Positions 36,504 to 46,658 of a stretch of 64,000 nt of DNA are shown here, one piece after another. The stretch comes from Pseudomonadota bacterium (GTDB taxonomy: Bacteria > Bdellovibrionota > UBA1018 > CAIMNF01). Position numbers and translations under genes: made by a program. The stretch is taken from the NCBI GenBank assembly GCA_027491115.1, contig JAIXWV010000041.1, positions 7,274 through 71,273 on the forward strand, in the 5' to 3' direction. The notes under the pieces are model-generated. The model had not been told where the DNA came from and did no database searches. It saw only the letters and a list, made by a program, of their open reading frames with translations. Position 1 is the stretch's first letter. Every line of letters starts with the position of its first letter.

Positions 36504-38651
36504 ATGCGCCGCATGAAACTCTCCACCCTTCACTCCATCCCCTCGTTTTTGTTCCTTTTGGCGCCCCAAGTGTTTGCACAGAGCGTGAGTTACTCGGGCT
36601 ACTACAACGGCCCGCGAGTGGACGTGAACTTCATTCAATACCCACCCGCCCAGTACCAGGAGTGCCGTGAAAAATACATCAACTCCACCGCCCGGATCTA
36701 TAGTGCTTGCAGCTTCGGGGTGGATGAAGCCCGTCGGATGGCGGAGCGTTTCGGCGGGGGCAAGGGCCGAATCGAAGGCTACCTGAGAGGGTTCTCCTGG
36801 GGCCTTTATTCTTCAGTACAATCGAATCGCTCGAACGACGACGCGATGGCGATCGGTGCCGCCCTCAATGCCGATCTTTTGGGACGGATTGAACGGGCGA
36901 GCCTCGAGGGTGCCTCACGTGGCAAGTCCGCAGGTGAGGCGCGTGGAGCTTCGGAAGCGAGAAAGCGCTTCACATCGGCTTTGGACAGCGGCATGAGCCC
37001 CATTGCGGAGATCGGGGCCACTCCTCCTTCGGCATTCTCCTCACGCTACCAGGACCCATATAGCAGCCTGATCGGAAAGCCACAGACGCTCGAGGACATG
37101 CTGAAGCAACCGGTCGAAGACTTGAGTCAGATCCGCGTCTACGACAGCTATGACCGTGTTTTCTTGGGAGACGTCCCTCGCTTCAATCTGTTCGATTACT
37201 ACTTCAGTGACGGAACCTACCAGTTTGAGATGGCCCGCTGGGTAGAGCCCCAGGCCGCCATCCGTCAGTGGCTGAACCGTCCGATCGACACCAAGCCTCG
37301 ATACGAAGCTCTCGAAACCGATACCATTCAAGTGGCTGTGCAAAACCCCAAACCGGGTGAGCCCGCAACCCGGACCGAAACCGTTGAATTGAAGGAGATC
37401 TTCCGCAAGTCCTTCGTCAATGCCTACGGCTGGTATGTGAACTACTACTTCTCACAGAACTTCTATACCCAGCTCGATCTGGGACAAAGAGTGGGCGAAT
37501 CCATCGGGAAGCAGGTGGGAATGCGATACGCTCGGTCATCAGGGGAAGTGAAAGGCTTCAACCAGAAGTTCCAACGTGATGAACGTGCCGCCTACGATTC
37601 TGTGTTCGAAAACGCCTATCGAAACGGCTTCACCGCCACGTTCAACGATTATTCCAACAACCCGAAGCCGGAGGTGGACGGGTTTGAAATCATCGGAGAA
37701 GTGGATGACGGAATCCTTCAGCCAGGCGAACGAGTCGCGGTCTCTTTCCGAATCAAGAACTACGGAAAGGTCGCCACCCAGGGCAACGCTTATCTGGAAG
37801 GGGTCCAAAACGGGGTGTCCAGCCAAGAGATCGTGATGCCTGCCCTCCGATCCACTCCGGTTCGTACCGACTTCCTGGGGTCGATCTCCAGTTCGGTTCA
37901 AAACACAGCGAATCTGAATATCGGCCTGACCCTCACCGGGAAGGGATTCGGAGCCTTCACCGTGCTCCAGAGCGCACGGGTCATGAGACAGGTCACTCCA
38001 CTCGGAATCGAAGTGAAAACCCTCGCACCGACCGGGCAGGCAATCGTGAGCTACAGCGTGAAGAATAACTCACGCCTCAATTCCTCGGCTAGCGTCCGGG
38101 TCATCCTACGCGATTCGACCGGTCGAGTAGTGGAGGAGAATCTTGGCATCATCGCAGGCAACCAAACTGCAACGGCCCAATTCCAACTCGACGGGTACTC
38201 CCCTCTCGAGCTGATTCGTGGGCCCGGCATCACGGTGCGTGGCCAGATGTTCCTCGGTGAGCTCGTGATCGGAGAACTCGGTGGCACCGTTCTGTCACAG
38301 AACCCCGTAGCCGATCTCGCCCGGGCATTTGCCGAGCAGGCCCGGGACGCCTCCCGCTCTGAACTGGTTCGCGCCCTTCAGACCGAGCTGGTCGAGCGAA
38401 TTACCGGAGAAACCGCCAACATCGAACGTCGGGGTTACGAGCGCCAGGGAGACGCCACCTACCTCCAACAAACCCTGAACGCCTACCGGGGTAAATCCCT
38501 AAATGCAGTGGCCCGTGAAGCCTACTCGTCCTTGGCTCGCGCACTGTGGCCGGCCCGAAAGGCATTCACTAACTTCATCGGAATCAAATCCTGCAACCGC
38601 AAGTTCTTCGAGTCAGCGGTTAAGGAACTGAACGCCGGTAAAAAGATTTGA
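36504..38651 (+). CDS. Large secreted hypothetical protein (715 aa)
   Basis: Signal peptide IPSFLFLLAPQVFAQS. No recognised domain. Overlaps the next gene start by 4 nt. Confidence 0.55.
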   Translation: MRRMKLSTLHSIPSFLFLLAPQVFAQSVSYSGYYNGPRVDVNFIQYPPAQYQECREKYINSTARIYSACSFGVDEARRMAERFGGGKGRIEGYLRGFSWGLYSSVQSNRSNDDAMAIGAALNADLLGRIERASLEGASRGKSAGEARGASEARKRFTSALDSGMSPIAEIGATPPSAFSSRYQDPYSSLIGKPQTLEDMLKQPVEDLSQIRVYDSYDRVFLGDVPRFNLFDYYFSDGTYQFEMARWVEPQAAIRQWLNRPIDTKPRYEALETDTIQVAVQNPKPGEPATRTETVELKEIFRKSFVNAYGWYVNYYFSQNFYTQLDLGQRVGESIGKQVGMRYARSSGEVKGFNQKFQRDERAAYDSVFENAYRNGFTATFNDYSNNPKPEVDGFEIIGEVDDGILQPGERVAVSFRIKNYGKVATQGNAYLEGVQNGVSSQEIVMPALRSTPVRTDFLGSISSSVQNTANLNIGLTLTGKGFGAFTVLQSARVMRQVTPLGIEVKTLAPTGQAIVSYSVKNNSRLNSSASVRVILRDSTGRVVEENLGIIAGNQTATAQFQLDGYSPLELIRGPGITVRGQMFLGELVIGELGGTVLSQNPVADLARAFAEQARDASRSELVRALQTELVERITGETANIERRGYERQGDATYLQQTLNAYRGKSLNAVAREAYSSLARALWPARKAFTNFIGIKSCNRKFFESAVKELNAGKKI

Positions 38652-39244
38652 GCCTCTTCGTTTCGACCTTCACACTGATCTTCCTGGCCGAACTGCCGGA
38701 TAAGACCGCACTCGCCACCTTGCTGCTTGCCAGCAAAGGTGGCAAGTTCCCGGTGTTTTCGGGAGTGGCCGTCGCCTTTCTGATCCAATGCTTGATTGCG
38801 GTGGGGGTGGGAAGCTGGGTCGGGAAGCTTTCTCCGATCTGGGTCAAGGCTGCCACCGGAGTCCTGTTTCTGGTGTTTGCCGTCATGTCCTTCAGGAAAA
38901 TTTCTGGAGAAGAATCTGAAGAGGCTTCAAGCCCGAACGGTGTGGGAGCGGGATTCACAACCCAAGCCTCAAAAGCCTTTGTAGTCGTTTTCCTGGCTGA
39001 GTGGGGAGATCTGACCCAACTCAGCACGGCGTCCCTTGCCGCCCGGAACCCTGACGGACTCATGGCGGTATTTTCGGCCTCGCTCCTGGCTCTATGGAGT
39101 GTGACCGCGATCGCAGTGGTACTCGGACAACGACTGGGACAATGGGTGTCACCCAAACGCCTGCTCGCCGGTTCCGCCACACTCTTTGGATTAATGGGTG
39201 CCTGGTTTTTGATCGAAGCGGCTCTTCAGATCCGGATCCGGTAA
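38648..39244 (+). CDS. UPF0016/GDT1-family cation (Mn2+/Ca2+) transporter
   Basis: Two E-x-G-D-(K/L)-T motifs (ELPDKT, EWGDLT) and 6 TM. Confidence 0.8.
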   Translation: MSLFVSTFTLIFLAELPDKTALATLLLASKGGKFPVFSGVAVAFLIQCLIAVGVGSWVGKLSPIWVKAATGVLFLVFAVMSFRKISGEESEEASSPNGVGAGFTTQASKAFVVVFLAEWGDLTQLSTASLAARNPDGLMAVFSASLLALWSVTAIAVVLGQRLGQWVSPKRLLAGSATLFGLMGAWFLIEAALQIRIR

Positions 39245-39897
39245 CCCTCACCCCGGACCGTTTCGATTCTCGACCCCTCGGGCCCTAGCTTCTTCCGGAG
39301 TGAAAAAACATGGGTATCGATGGCTCGATCGATCACGGAAATTCCGGGTCCCTGGACTTGCCGGATGAGCTCGTCCCGGGAGAGGACGCCACCCCTGGCA
39401 ACGAGGAGAGCCTCGAGCAGTTTGAACTCGTTCGGCGTCAGATGAACGCGTTCACCCATCAGGAAAACATCATAGGATCTCGGATCGACCAACAATCCCC
39501 CCACTCCGAGCTTACCCGTAACCGTCGGGCTGTTTCCGGTGAGAGTCCTGATCCGCTCACGGAAGTGCATCCGTTCGATCGGCTTCGGAATCACCTCGTC
39601 CTGACCCGCCCGGACTCCCGGAATGGATTGGGGGTGCGCCCCGGGCCCTGCGATCACGAGCACCCTGAACCCGGATCGAGCCACCGAATGGAGCTGGCCG
39701 AGAAACTCCTCAAGAGGCAGCTCAGGGATCTTGGCATCGGTCACCACCAGGTCCGAAGGACTGGTGGAAAACTCACGAAGAAGAGCAGCCGGGTCCCCGA
39801 ATGCCATCACCTCGAGACCTGCTTCTCTGATCTCTTCGGAAAGGAGTATTCGGAATTCCTCATCTTCTTCGAGGATCAGGGCCTTCTTTTGAATCAT
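39226..39897 (-). CDS. OmpR-family response regulator (PhoB/PhoP-like), no adjacent histidine kinase
   Basis: Receiver-like N-terminus (LILEEDEEF...DLVVTDAKIPE) and C-terminal wHTH (LTPNEFKLLEALLVARGGVLSRDELI...VDRAIDTHV..LRKKL). Confidence 0.75.
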   Translation of the reverse strand: MIQKKALILEEDEEFRILLSEEIREAGLEVMAFGDPAALLREFSTSPSDLVVTDAKIPELPLEEFLGQLHSVARSGFRVLVIAGPGAHPQSIPGVRAGQDEVIPKPIERMHFRERIRTLTGNSPTVTGKLGVGGLLVDPRSYDVFLMGERVHLTPNEFKLLEALLVARGGVLSRDELIRQVQGPGISVIDRAIDTHVFSLRKKLGPEGSRIETVRGEGYRIRI

Positions 39898-40568
39898 GGT
39901 TTTTGACCGGAATGAAAACCGCCGTGACGGATGTCCTTACCCGTAGAGGCGAAAATGACATCTTCCGCAATATTGGTCGCGTGGTCACCAAGCCTCTCAA
40001 GGTTCCGCGATACCAGCATCAGATCCACCGCTCCCTCGACCTGTGTTCCGTCCTTCTTCATCACCTCGATCAAACGTTTGAAGGTCGTCCGTTTCGCTTC
40101 GTCGACGACATCATCCTGAAGTAGAACCTGTTCAGACAAAGTCAGATCCGCTTTGACGAAAGCTTCCATCGCGTCCCTGACCATCTTCCGGACCGTGTGA
40201 GCCATGCTGGCGATGGTGGCGGCCTCAGGAAGCGGTTCTTTGCTGAGGTAATCCCGTACGTTCAAGGAGATGTTCATCGCCTGGTCTCCCATCCGCTCCA
40301 GATCGGCATTGATCTTGATAATCGCAAGAATCATACGCAAGTCCGCAGCGAGCGGAGACTGTTGGGCGATCAATTTCAAGCAGAGCTCGTCCACCTCTAG
40401 GTGGTAGGCATTGATTCTGTCTTCGTACTCCCGGACTTTCTTGAGTCTCTCGGGATCCCTCTCAATCAATCCCTCTGTCGCCTCTTCAACGGCAGCTTCC
40501 ACCGCTTGCCCCATGGAAAGGATCACGGCCCTCAGTTTGTTCAATTCATGATCGATCTGTCTCTGCAT
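39894..40568 (-). CDS. phoU: Phosphate transport regulator PhoU
   Basis: Two PhoU repeats. Strong RBS GGGGAGGGAAG before the ATG at 40568. Confidence 0.9.
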   Translation of the reverse strand: MQRQIDHELNKLRAVILSMGQAVEAAVEEATEGLIERDPERLKKVREYEDRINAYHLEVDELCLKLIAQQSPLAADLRMILAIIKINADLERMGDQAMNISLNVRDYLSKEPLPEAATIASMAHTVRKMVRDAMEAFVKADLTLSEQVLLQDDVVDEAKRTTFKRLIEVMKKDGTQVEGAVDLMLVSRNLERLGDHATNIAEDVIFASTGKDIRHGGFHSGQKP

Positions 40569-40587
40569 CTTCCCTCCCCGATCCGGC

Positions 40588-41358
40588 TCAGCCGAACCTT
40601 CCTGTGATGTACTCTTCAGTCCGGCGATCGGACGGCGTGGTGAACACTTTTGTGGTCGGACCGTATTCGACCAGGTCGCCATAAAGGAAAAACGCGGTCC
40701 GGTCTGAAATCCTGGCGGCCTGCTGCATGTTGTGGGTGACCATTAGAATGGTGGTCTCCTTCTTGAGTTGAATCACCAGCTCTTCGATCTTGGCGGTCGA
40801 CACCGGATCGAGGGCACTGGTCGGTTCGTCCATCAGGAGCACCGGCGGCTTCACTGCTAAGGCACGGGCGATGCAAAGACGCTGTTGCTGCCCGCCTGAC
40901 AAAGACATTCCGGAGGCGTCGAGCTTGTCCTTGACCTCGTTCCAGAGTGCCGCCTCACGAAGCGCGGCTTCCACACGGGCTTCCAGTTCAACTCCCTTGG
41001 CAATCCGATTCAACCTCAACCCGGAAGCCACATTCTCGAAAATACTCATGGAAGGAAAAGGATTGGGTTTCTGGAACACCATCCCGATCCTCCGGCGGAT
41101 CTGAACCGGATCGGTACCTGAAGCGTATAGGTCCTGTCCTTCAAGAGTGACCCGACCCTCAGCACGCCCACCGGGGGTTTCCTCGTGCAGACGATTCAGG
41201 CACCTGAGGAAAGTCGATTTACCGCAGCCTGACGGCCCGATGAATGCGACCACTTCTTGCCTCGACACCCCGAGGTCGATCCCATGAAGGATCTCGGTCG
41301 ATTCAACGAAAGCTTTGAGGCCATTGACTTCGAGCAATACTGGGGAGGGAGTCATCAT
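40588..41358 (-). CDS. pstB: Phosphate ABC transporter ATPase PstB
   Basis: Walker [10 protein letters not shown] and ABC signature [12 protein letters not shown] overlaps the pstA stop. Confidence 0.95.
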   Translation of the reverse strand: MMTPSPVLLEVNGLKAFVESTEILHGIDLGVSRQEVVAFIGPSGCGKSTFLRCLNRLHEETPGGRAEGRVTLEGQDLYASGTDPVQIRRRIGMVFQKPNPFPSMSIFENVASGLRLNRIAKGVELEARVEAALREAALWNEVKDKLDASGMSLSGGQQQRLCIARALAVKPPVLLMDEPTSALDPVSTAKIEELVIQLKKETTILMVTHNMQQAARISDRTAFFLYGDLVEYGPTTKVFTTPSDRRTEEYITGRFG

Positions 41359-42236
41359 CCGTCCTTTCTCCTGGGTAAGAAAATCCTGATCAACAAATTC
41401 AAACCGAGAACCATGAGAATCAGAATCAGGGCGCCGCCCCAGGCTTTGGCATGCCAATCCTCGTACGGACTCACGGCATAGGTGTAGATCTGGACCGGTA
41501 TCGATGCAAGCGGCTCGGAGAGGCCCTGGAACCAATGTTGTGAGGCAAAGGCGGTGAACAACAAGGGCGCCGTCTCGCCCGCGATTCGAGCTACCGCAAG
41601 GATCACTCCCACCGTGAGAGATCGCAGACTGCCTTTCAGGACAATGCTCACGATCACCCGCGCCTTGGGAAGCCCGAGTGCAAGTCCGGCTTCACGAACC
41701 GACCGGGGCACAAGCTTCAGCATCTCCTCGGTGGTGCGCGCCACCAGCGGAATCATGATCATCGACAGCGCGATCGCACCGGCATGGGCGGAAAATCCCT
41801 TGAATGGTCGCACGACGAGTGCATAGGCGAACAAGCCGACCACAATGGAGGGAATACTCGACAGGAGCTCCACCACCACACCCAAAACCCGCGACACGGG
41901 TTTTTGCGAGTACTCAGAGAGCAAAATCCCCATTCCGAGTCCGAGTGGAATTGAAATCAGGGAACACATTGAAATGAGAACCACCGAGCCGAGGATGGCA
42001 TGTCCGATCCCCCCGCCGATCTCCCCCACCGGCGCCGGGAGGCTTGAGAAAAACTCCAACGACAGTGAAGAAGCTCCGTGGGAGATCACATAGAACAGCA
42101 CACTGAACAGGGGCACCAACGCGATCATTGCCAGTAAACATATGCCGGAAATGAACAAACGATTGAGCCAGTGCCGTGCAATCATTTGGAGTACCCTCCT
42201 TTTCTGAGTGACCACCGCAGGAACAAGAACAGGCAA
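41355..42236 (-). CDS. pstA: Phosphate ABC transporter permease PstA
   Basis: Family similarity and operon position. Confidence 0.9.
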   Translation of the reverse strand: MPVLVPAVVTQKRRVLQMIARHWLNRLFISGICLLAMIALVPLFSVLFYVISHGASSLSLEFFSSLPAPVGEIGGGIGHAILGSVVLISMCSLISIPLGLGMGILLSEYSQKPVSRVLGVVVELLSSIPSIVVGLFAYALVVRPFKGFSAHAGAIALSMIMIPLVARTTEEMLKLVPRSVREAGLALGLPKARVIVSIVLKGSLRSLTVGVILAVARIAGETAPLLFTAFASQHWFQGLSEPLASIPVQIYTYAVSPYEDWHAKAWGGALILILMVLGLNLLIRIFLPRRKDG

Positions 42237-43102
42237 CCGGAGATCAATAGCAGGACCAGGCCGACCACTCCCAAGGCCGACAAGTGCACACCGGTGGCCT
42301 CTGCCACTTCGGAGGCCACGGCACTCGCCATCGTCTGATGCGGAGCGAAGAGTGAAGCCGAGATTTCGGCGGTGTTCCCGATCACCATGGTGACCGCCAT
42401 GGTTTCACCCAGAGCACGGGACAGACCGAGAATCATTCCCCCGAGAATCCCCGATCGGGAACTCGATACCACACCGATCCAGAGCATCTCGGATCGGGTG
42501 GACCCCAGCGCGAGAACGCCCTCTTTCAGTGGACGGGGAACCGCACTGAACACTTCTTTGCAAATGGCAGTGATCGTGGGTGTAATCATGATCGCCAGGA
42601 TCAATCCGGCCGCGAGCATTCCGACTCCGTAGATCGGACCCGAAAAGAGTGGAATGAAACCGAGACTCTTCCGGAGAAAAGGCTCAACCGAGGTCCGGAG
42701 CCAGGGAATCACCACAAACAGTCCCCAAAGCCCATAAACCACACTCGGGATTGCAGCCAGCATCTCAACCAAGAAGCCGAACACCGAACCGATCCGGCGA
42801 GGTGCGATTTCGGTCAGAAACAATGCGGCAGCTACACTGATGGGAGTGGAAAACGCAAGTGCCAGGAGAGAACTGACTAGCGTTCCGTAAATGAACGGAA
42901 GGATCCCGAACGACTTCAAGGGGGGATTCCACTCCAAGGACATCAGGTTACCGAAACCGACTTCCCTGAACGCCGGGAGTCCGAGGTCGATCAAGAACGC
43001 GAACATGCCCCCGAGAAGCAGAAAAGCCAGAACAGCAAACCCATAAAGAGTCCGACGGAAGAACAAATCGACCAGGTTTTTCTCAAGCGGGATGTCTTTC
43101 AT
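42182..43102 (-). CDS. pstC: Phosphate ABC transporter permease PstC
   Basis: Family similarity and operon position. Confidence 0.9.
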   Translation of the reverse strand: MKDIPLEKNLVDLFFRRTLYGFAVLAFLLLGGMFAFLIDLGLPAFREVGFGNLMSLEWNPPLKSFGILPFIYGTLVSSLLALAFSTPISVAAALFLTEIAPRRIGSVFGFLVEMLAAIPSVVYGLWGLFVVIPWLRTSVEPFLRKSLGFIPLFSGPIYGVGMLAAGLILAIMITPTITAICKEVFSAVPRPLKEGVLALGSTRSEMLWIGVVSSSRSGILGGMILGLSRALGETMAVTMVIGNTAEISASLFAPHQTMASAVASEVAEATGVHLSALGVVGLVLLLISGCLFLFLRWSLRKGGYSK

Positions 43103-44205
43103 GGGCGAAAACTCTCCTGCTCACTCCTGGCCAGTCGATCCATCACCCGCTTGACCAAAGGGGGGGGCAAAGAAGCATAGTTCAAGCCTGGGCTCATCTC
43201 CTGTCCCTGTCTCAAGGCCCAATCGAGAAATCCATACAGAGCCGACCTTCCGGGCCCCTTCGGCATCCGGTCATAAACCAGGATGTACGTGAATGAACTG
43301 ATCGGGTAGGCACCTGTGGCCGGAACGAGGGTGATCGAGGCCCGGAAGTCGTCAGGAATGTCAGACAGCGCTCCCTCCGCGGCGAGGGTCACGCTCCGGG
43401 GAGACGGCTCGATGAATTCACCTTTGGCGTTCTTAACGGAGGCAACCGGAAGCTTCAAGGTCTTTGCAAACACCAACTCCACGTAACCGATCGAACCAGG
43501 AATTTGCTTGATGAAACTCGTGACTCCCTCGTTCCCCTTACCGCCGATCCCGACAGGCCAACGCAGGGCCGAACCTTTTCCGACTCTCTTCTTCCACTCT
43601 TCGGACGATTTCGAGAGGTACTCCGAGAAGATCGAGGTCGTACCACTCCCGTCAGCACGGTGAACGACCAGGATATCCGGATCATTCGGGGACTGCAGCA
43701 CAGCTTTCTCTTCAGGATTCAGCTCGACGATCCTCGGATCTGCCCAACGGTTGATCTTTCCAAGAAAAATGTCTGCAATGACCTCACCGGAAAGTTTCAG
43801 CGGACCTCTCAATCCCGGCTTCTGGTAACTGAGGACGACCGCCCCCATCGTCGCCGGAACGTGCAAAATCGGTGACTTGGCCTTTTTCAATTGCTCATCC
43901 GACATCGGCGCATCCGAGGCTCCGAAGTCGACCGTCTGGTCCAGGAGTTGACGGATCCCCCCGCCGCTTCCGATGGACTGGTAGTTGAAGGCCAGCGTGG
44001 GATGCTTCTTTTCGTAAGCGGCGAACCAACGGGAATAAAGCGGGTAAGGGAAAGTTGCCCCGGCTCCGTTCACCATGAGCTTTCGCTCGAGCCAACCGGC
44101 CCGGACTTCTCCCGACTGCAGCAACGCCGGAAGCAGCAAAAACCCCAGAAGGATTCCACGCATGGACATGGCCTGAGCTTGCGTTTTCAGAGGGCTTTTT
44201 GTCAA
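43099..44205 (-). CDS. pstS: Phosphate-binding protein PstS
   Basis: Signal peptide then NGAGATFPYPLYSRW...SIGSGGGIRQ. Confidence 0.9.
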   Translation of the reverse strand: MTKSPLKTQAQAMSMRGILLGFLLLPALLQSGEVRAGWLERKLMVNGAGATFPYPLYSRWFAAYEKKHPTLAFNYQSIGSGGGIRQLLDQTVDFGASDAPMSDEQLKKAKSPILHVPATMGAVVLSYQKPGLRGPLKLSGEVIADIFLGKINRWADPRIVELNPEEKAVLQSPNDPDILVVHRADGSGTTSIFSEYLSKSSEEWKKRVGKGSALRWPVGIGGKGNEGVTSFIKQIPGSIGYVELVFAKTLKLPVASVKNAKGEFIEPSPRSVTLAAEGALSDIPDDFRASITLVPATGAYPISSFTYILVYDRMPKGPGRSALYGFLDWALRQGQEMSPGLNYASLPPPLVKRVMDRLARSEQESFRP

Positions 44206-44239
44206 TGCAGAAGCGCTGAACTTGGATTAAGATCAGGCC

Positions 44240-45553
44240 ATGCGCACCCCGATCTATTCCGAGCTCCAATCCCGTGGAATTCTCTACCAAGTCACTGACG
44301 AATCCCTGAAAGGCCACCTGGATAAAGGTCCAGTGACTTTGTATTGCGGCTTCGACCCCACCAGCGATTCCCTGCATGTCGGGAGCTTGTTTCCTCTTTT
44401 GACTCTGCGTCGTTTTCAAATGGCCGGGCACCGACCCATTATTGTCCTGGGTGGCGCGACGGGCATGGTGGGTGACCCGAGTGGAAAGTCCCAAGAACGG
44501 AATCTCCAGACCCCCGAGCAGGTGGCCCGCAATCTGGCCGGCATCAGGAAGGTTGCCGAAACCTTTCTCGATTTCTCTCCCGCTGCGCCGAATGCCGCGA
44601 TGATAGTGGACAACAGTGATTTTTACAGGGAGATGAACGTGCTCACATTTCTCCGTGAAGTGGGCAAACACTTCACCGTGAATCACATGACCCAGAAAGA
44701 TTCGGTGCGCTCCAGGATGGAAGACCGGGATCACGGGATCTCCTATACCGAGTTCTCCTACATGCTCCTCCAGGCCTATGATTTCTTCTGCTTGCACGAG
44801 CGTCTCGGTTGCACCCTCCAGATTGGGGCTTCGGACCAATGGGGCAACATCACAGCCGGAACCGAACTGATTCGAAAAAAATTGGCGCACGGTGAAGGCA
44901 CATCTCCGGACGCACCGCTCCCGGCTTTCGGGCTCACCCATCCGCTGATCACGCGTCCGGACGGGGTCAAATTCGGCAAAACGGAAAAAGGCGCCGTATG
45001 GCTCTCGCCCGAAAAAACCTCCCCCTACCAGTTCTATCAGTTTTTCATCCAGTCCCCTGACAGTGTGGTGATCACTTGGCTCAATTACCTCACCTTCCTG
45101 CCGTCTGAGAAGATCGAAGAATTGAAGCAGCACATGGAGCGGGAACCGGAAAGGAAAGCGGCTCAAACCGCACTCGCACAAGAACTGACCCGCTTGGTCC
45201 ACGGTGAAGAAGCCTTGCAGAGAGCTGAAGCCGCCACCCGTGCCCTGTTCGGTGCCGAACTGAAGGAACTCGACCTAGTCACCCTCGGGGAGCTCTTCGC
45301 CGACGCTCCTTCGACCGAACTCTCCAAGGACCGGCTCGGCTCGGGTCTTCCATTGGTGGATCTGCTGGCTGAATCCGGCTTGTTCCAGTCCAAGGGAGCG
45401 GCTCGTAAGGAAATCCCGGCTGGTGGAGTATACCTAAATAACGAGAGGATCACCGACGTCGCCTTGAGTGTGCAGGAATCCCATCTGATCGGCGGATCGG
45501 CGCTGGTGCTCCGCAAGGGCAAAAAGAACTACCACCTCGTCAAATTCATTTGA
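44240..45553 (+). CDS. tyrS: Tyrosyl-tRNA synthetase
   Basis: Class I HVGS and KFGKT motifs. C-terminal S4-like domain. Confidence 0.95.
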   Translation: MRTPIYSELQSRGILYQVTDESLKGHLDKGPVTLYCGFDPTSDSLHVGSLFPLLTLRRFQMAGHRPIIVLGGATGMVGDPSGKSQERNLQTPEQVARNLAGIRKVAETFLDFSPAAPNAAMIVDNSDFYREMNVLTFLREVGKHFTVNHMTQKDSVRSRMEDRDHGISYTEFSYMLLQAYDFFCLHERLGCTLQIGASDQWGNITAGTELIRKKLAHGEGTSPDAPLPAFGLTHPLITRPDGVKFGKTEKGAVWLSPEKTSPYQFYQFFIQSPDSVVITWLNYLTFLPSEKIEELKQHMEREPERKAAQTALAQELTRLVHGEEALQRAEAATRALFGAELKELDLVTLGELFADAPSTELSKDRLGSGLPLVDLLAESGLFQSKGAARKEIPAGGVYLNNERITDVALSVQESHLIGGSALVLRKGKKNYHLVKFI

Positions 45554-46658
45554 GCAAACGGGGGGCAGCGGTGGGTTCGTTCTTTCGACCCCCGTCGAAC
45601 TCGTTCCGTCGCGACTGGATGCGGGTCCACCCGAATCCCTCGTTCATCCGGTCTCCGCTCAACGCGTGGGTCAAAACCTTGGAGATCACCATCGGACGTT
45701 CTATCTGGGGAATGTGTCCGGTCTTCTTAAGGAGGTAGGCGTCGAGATACTCCCCGTAGGACTCGATCCAATTCCTCACCCAATGAGTGGGGACAAAGCG
45801 ATCCGAATCACCCCATATCACGGTGATCTTTCGAGCCATGAACGGCAGAGCCCCGTCAATGAAGTGATCATCCCTCACCGAGTCCACGAAATTCTTGATG
45901 GACGGCCTTTCGTAAAACTCTTTGAAATCCCGATTGAGGAGAGGTCCGAACTTCTTGGGATCGTAGACAATCATCTCGAGGAGCTCCTCGAGCGTAAGGC
46001 CTTGATTCTTGACGATGAAGTCCCCGAAGATCTTGCGCTCCTCCGCGGGAATCAGCCCGGAAGGAGCGATTGCGATGAATTGCCCGATCACCTGTTGGAA
46101 CTGTTGGGCGGCTTTCCCGGCCAACCAGGCTCCGAGCGAATGCCCCATCAGGACCTCGGGTGGATAACGGTCACAGACCATCCTGACGACACCGAGAAGG
46201 ATGTCCATCGAAGACACCATCTCGTGATGAGACAGGAACCCCATGTAACCGGGGAAGTCGATCACCAACACCTCGTCAAAACGACGGGTGAGCTCGGCCT
46301 TGCTGAGAGTGAAAAACGGAAGCCAGGAACCGGGCGAATCTCCGAGCCCGGGAACGAACACCAGACGACGGACTTTCTGTCCGGAAGGAACTTCACGGAG
46401 CGTCTTCCGGATCACGTAAAAAACCGCATCTCCCTGCTTCAACTCTTCGAACCGGAAATCCGCCCGTTCAAAGGCCTGCCGGAGGGCAAAATGCAACACC
46501 TGGTTCTTGTTCGGAATCCTGGCCTTCACGGCCTCGATCCACCGCTCACGGTGCAGGGTCTGTCGAACCCGGTACCGGACGGTTTCTTTCAGTCCCTCGA
46601 GCATCCACTCCGCGAACTCATTCGGATCAAAGGGCGGAGTCTGCTTTTGCTGACTCAT
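45546..46658 (-). CDS. Alpha/beta-hydrolase fold protein
   Basis: Nucleophile elbow GHSLG. Confidence 0.7.
   Translation of the reverse strand: MSQQKQTPPFDPNEFAEWMLEGLKETVRYRVRQTLHRERWIEAVKARIPNKNQVLHFALRQAFERADFRFEELKQGDAVFYVIRKTLREVPSGQKVRRLVFVPGLGDSPGSWLPFFTLSKAELTRRFDEVLVIDFPGYMGFLSHHEMVSSMDILLGVVRMVCDRYPPEVLMGHSLGAWLAGKAAQQFQQVIGQFIAIAPSGLIPAEERKIFGDFIVKNQGLTLEELLEMIVYDPKKFGPLLNRDFKEFYERPSIKNFVDSVRDDHFIDGALPFMARKITVIWGDSDRFVPTHWVRNWIESYGEYLDAYLLKKTGHIPQIERPMVISKVLTHALSGDRMNEGFGWTRIQSRRNEFDGGRKNEPTAAPRLLK

Noticed and set aside
44170-44239. Possible Pho box or promoters between pstS and tyrS
   Set aside because: A TTGACA hexamer is present, but I could not find properly spaced -10 elements or TGTCA direct repeats, so I am not reporting it as a feature.
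43895-45202. 435-aa minus-strand ORF
   Set aside because: Overlaps pstS out of frame and is antisense to tyrS. Both real genes have strong signatures.
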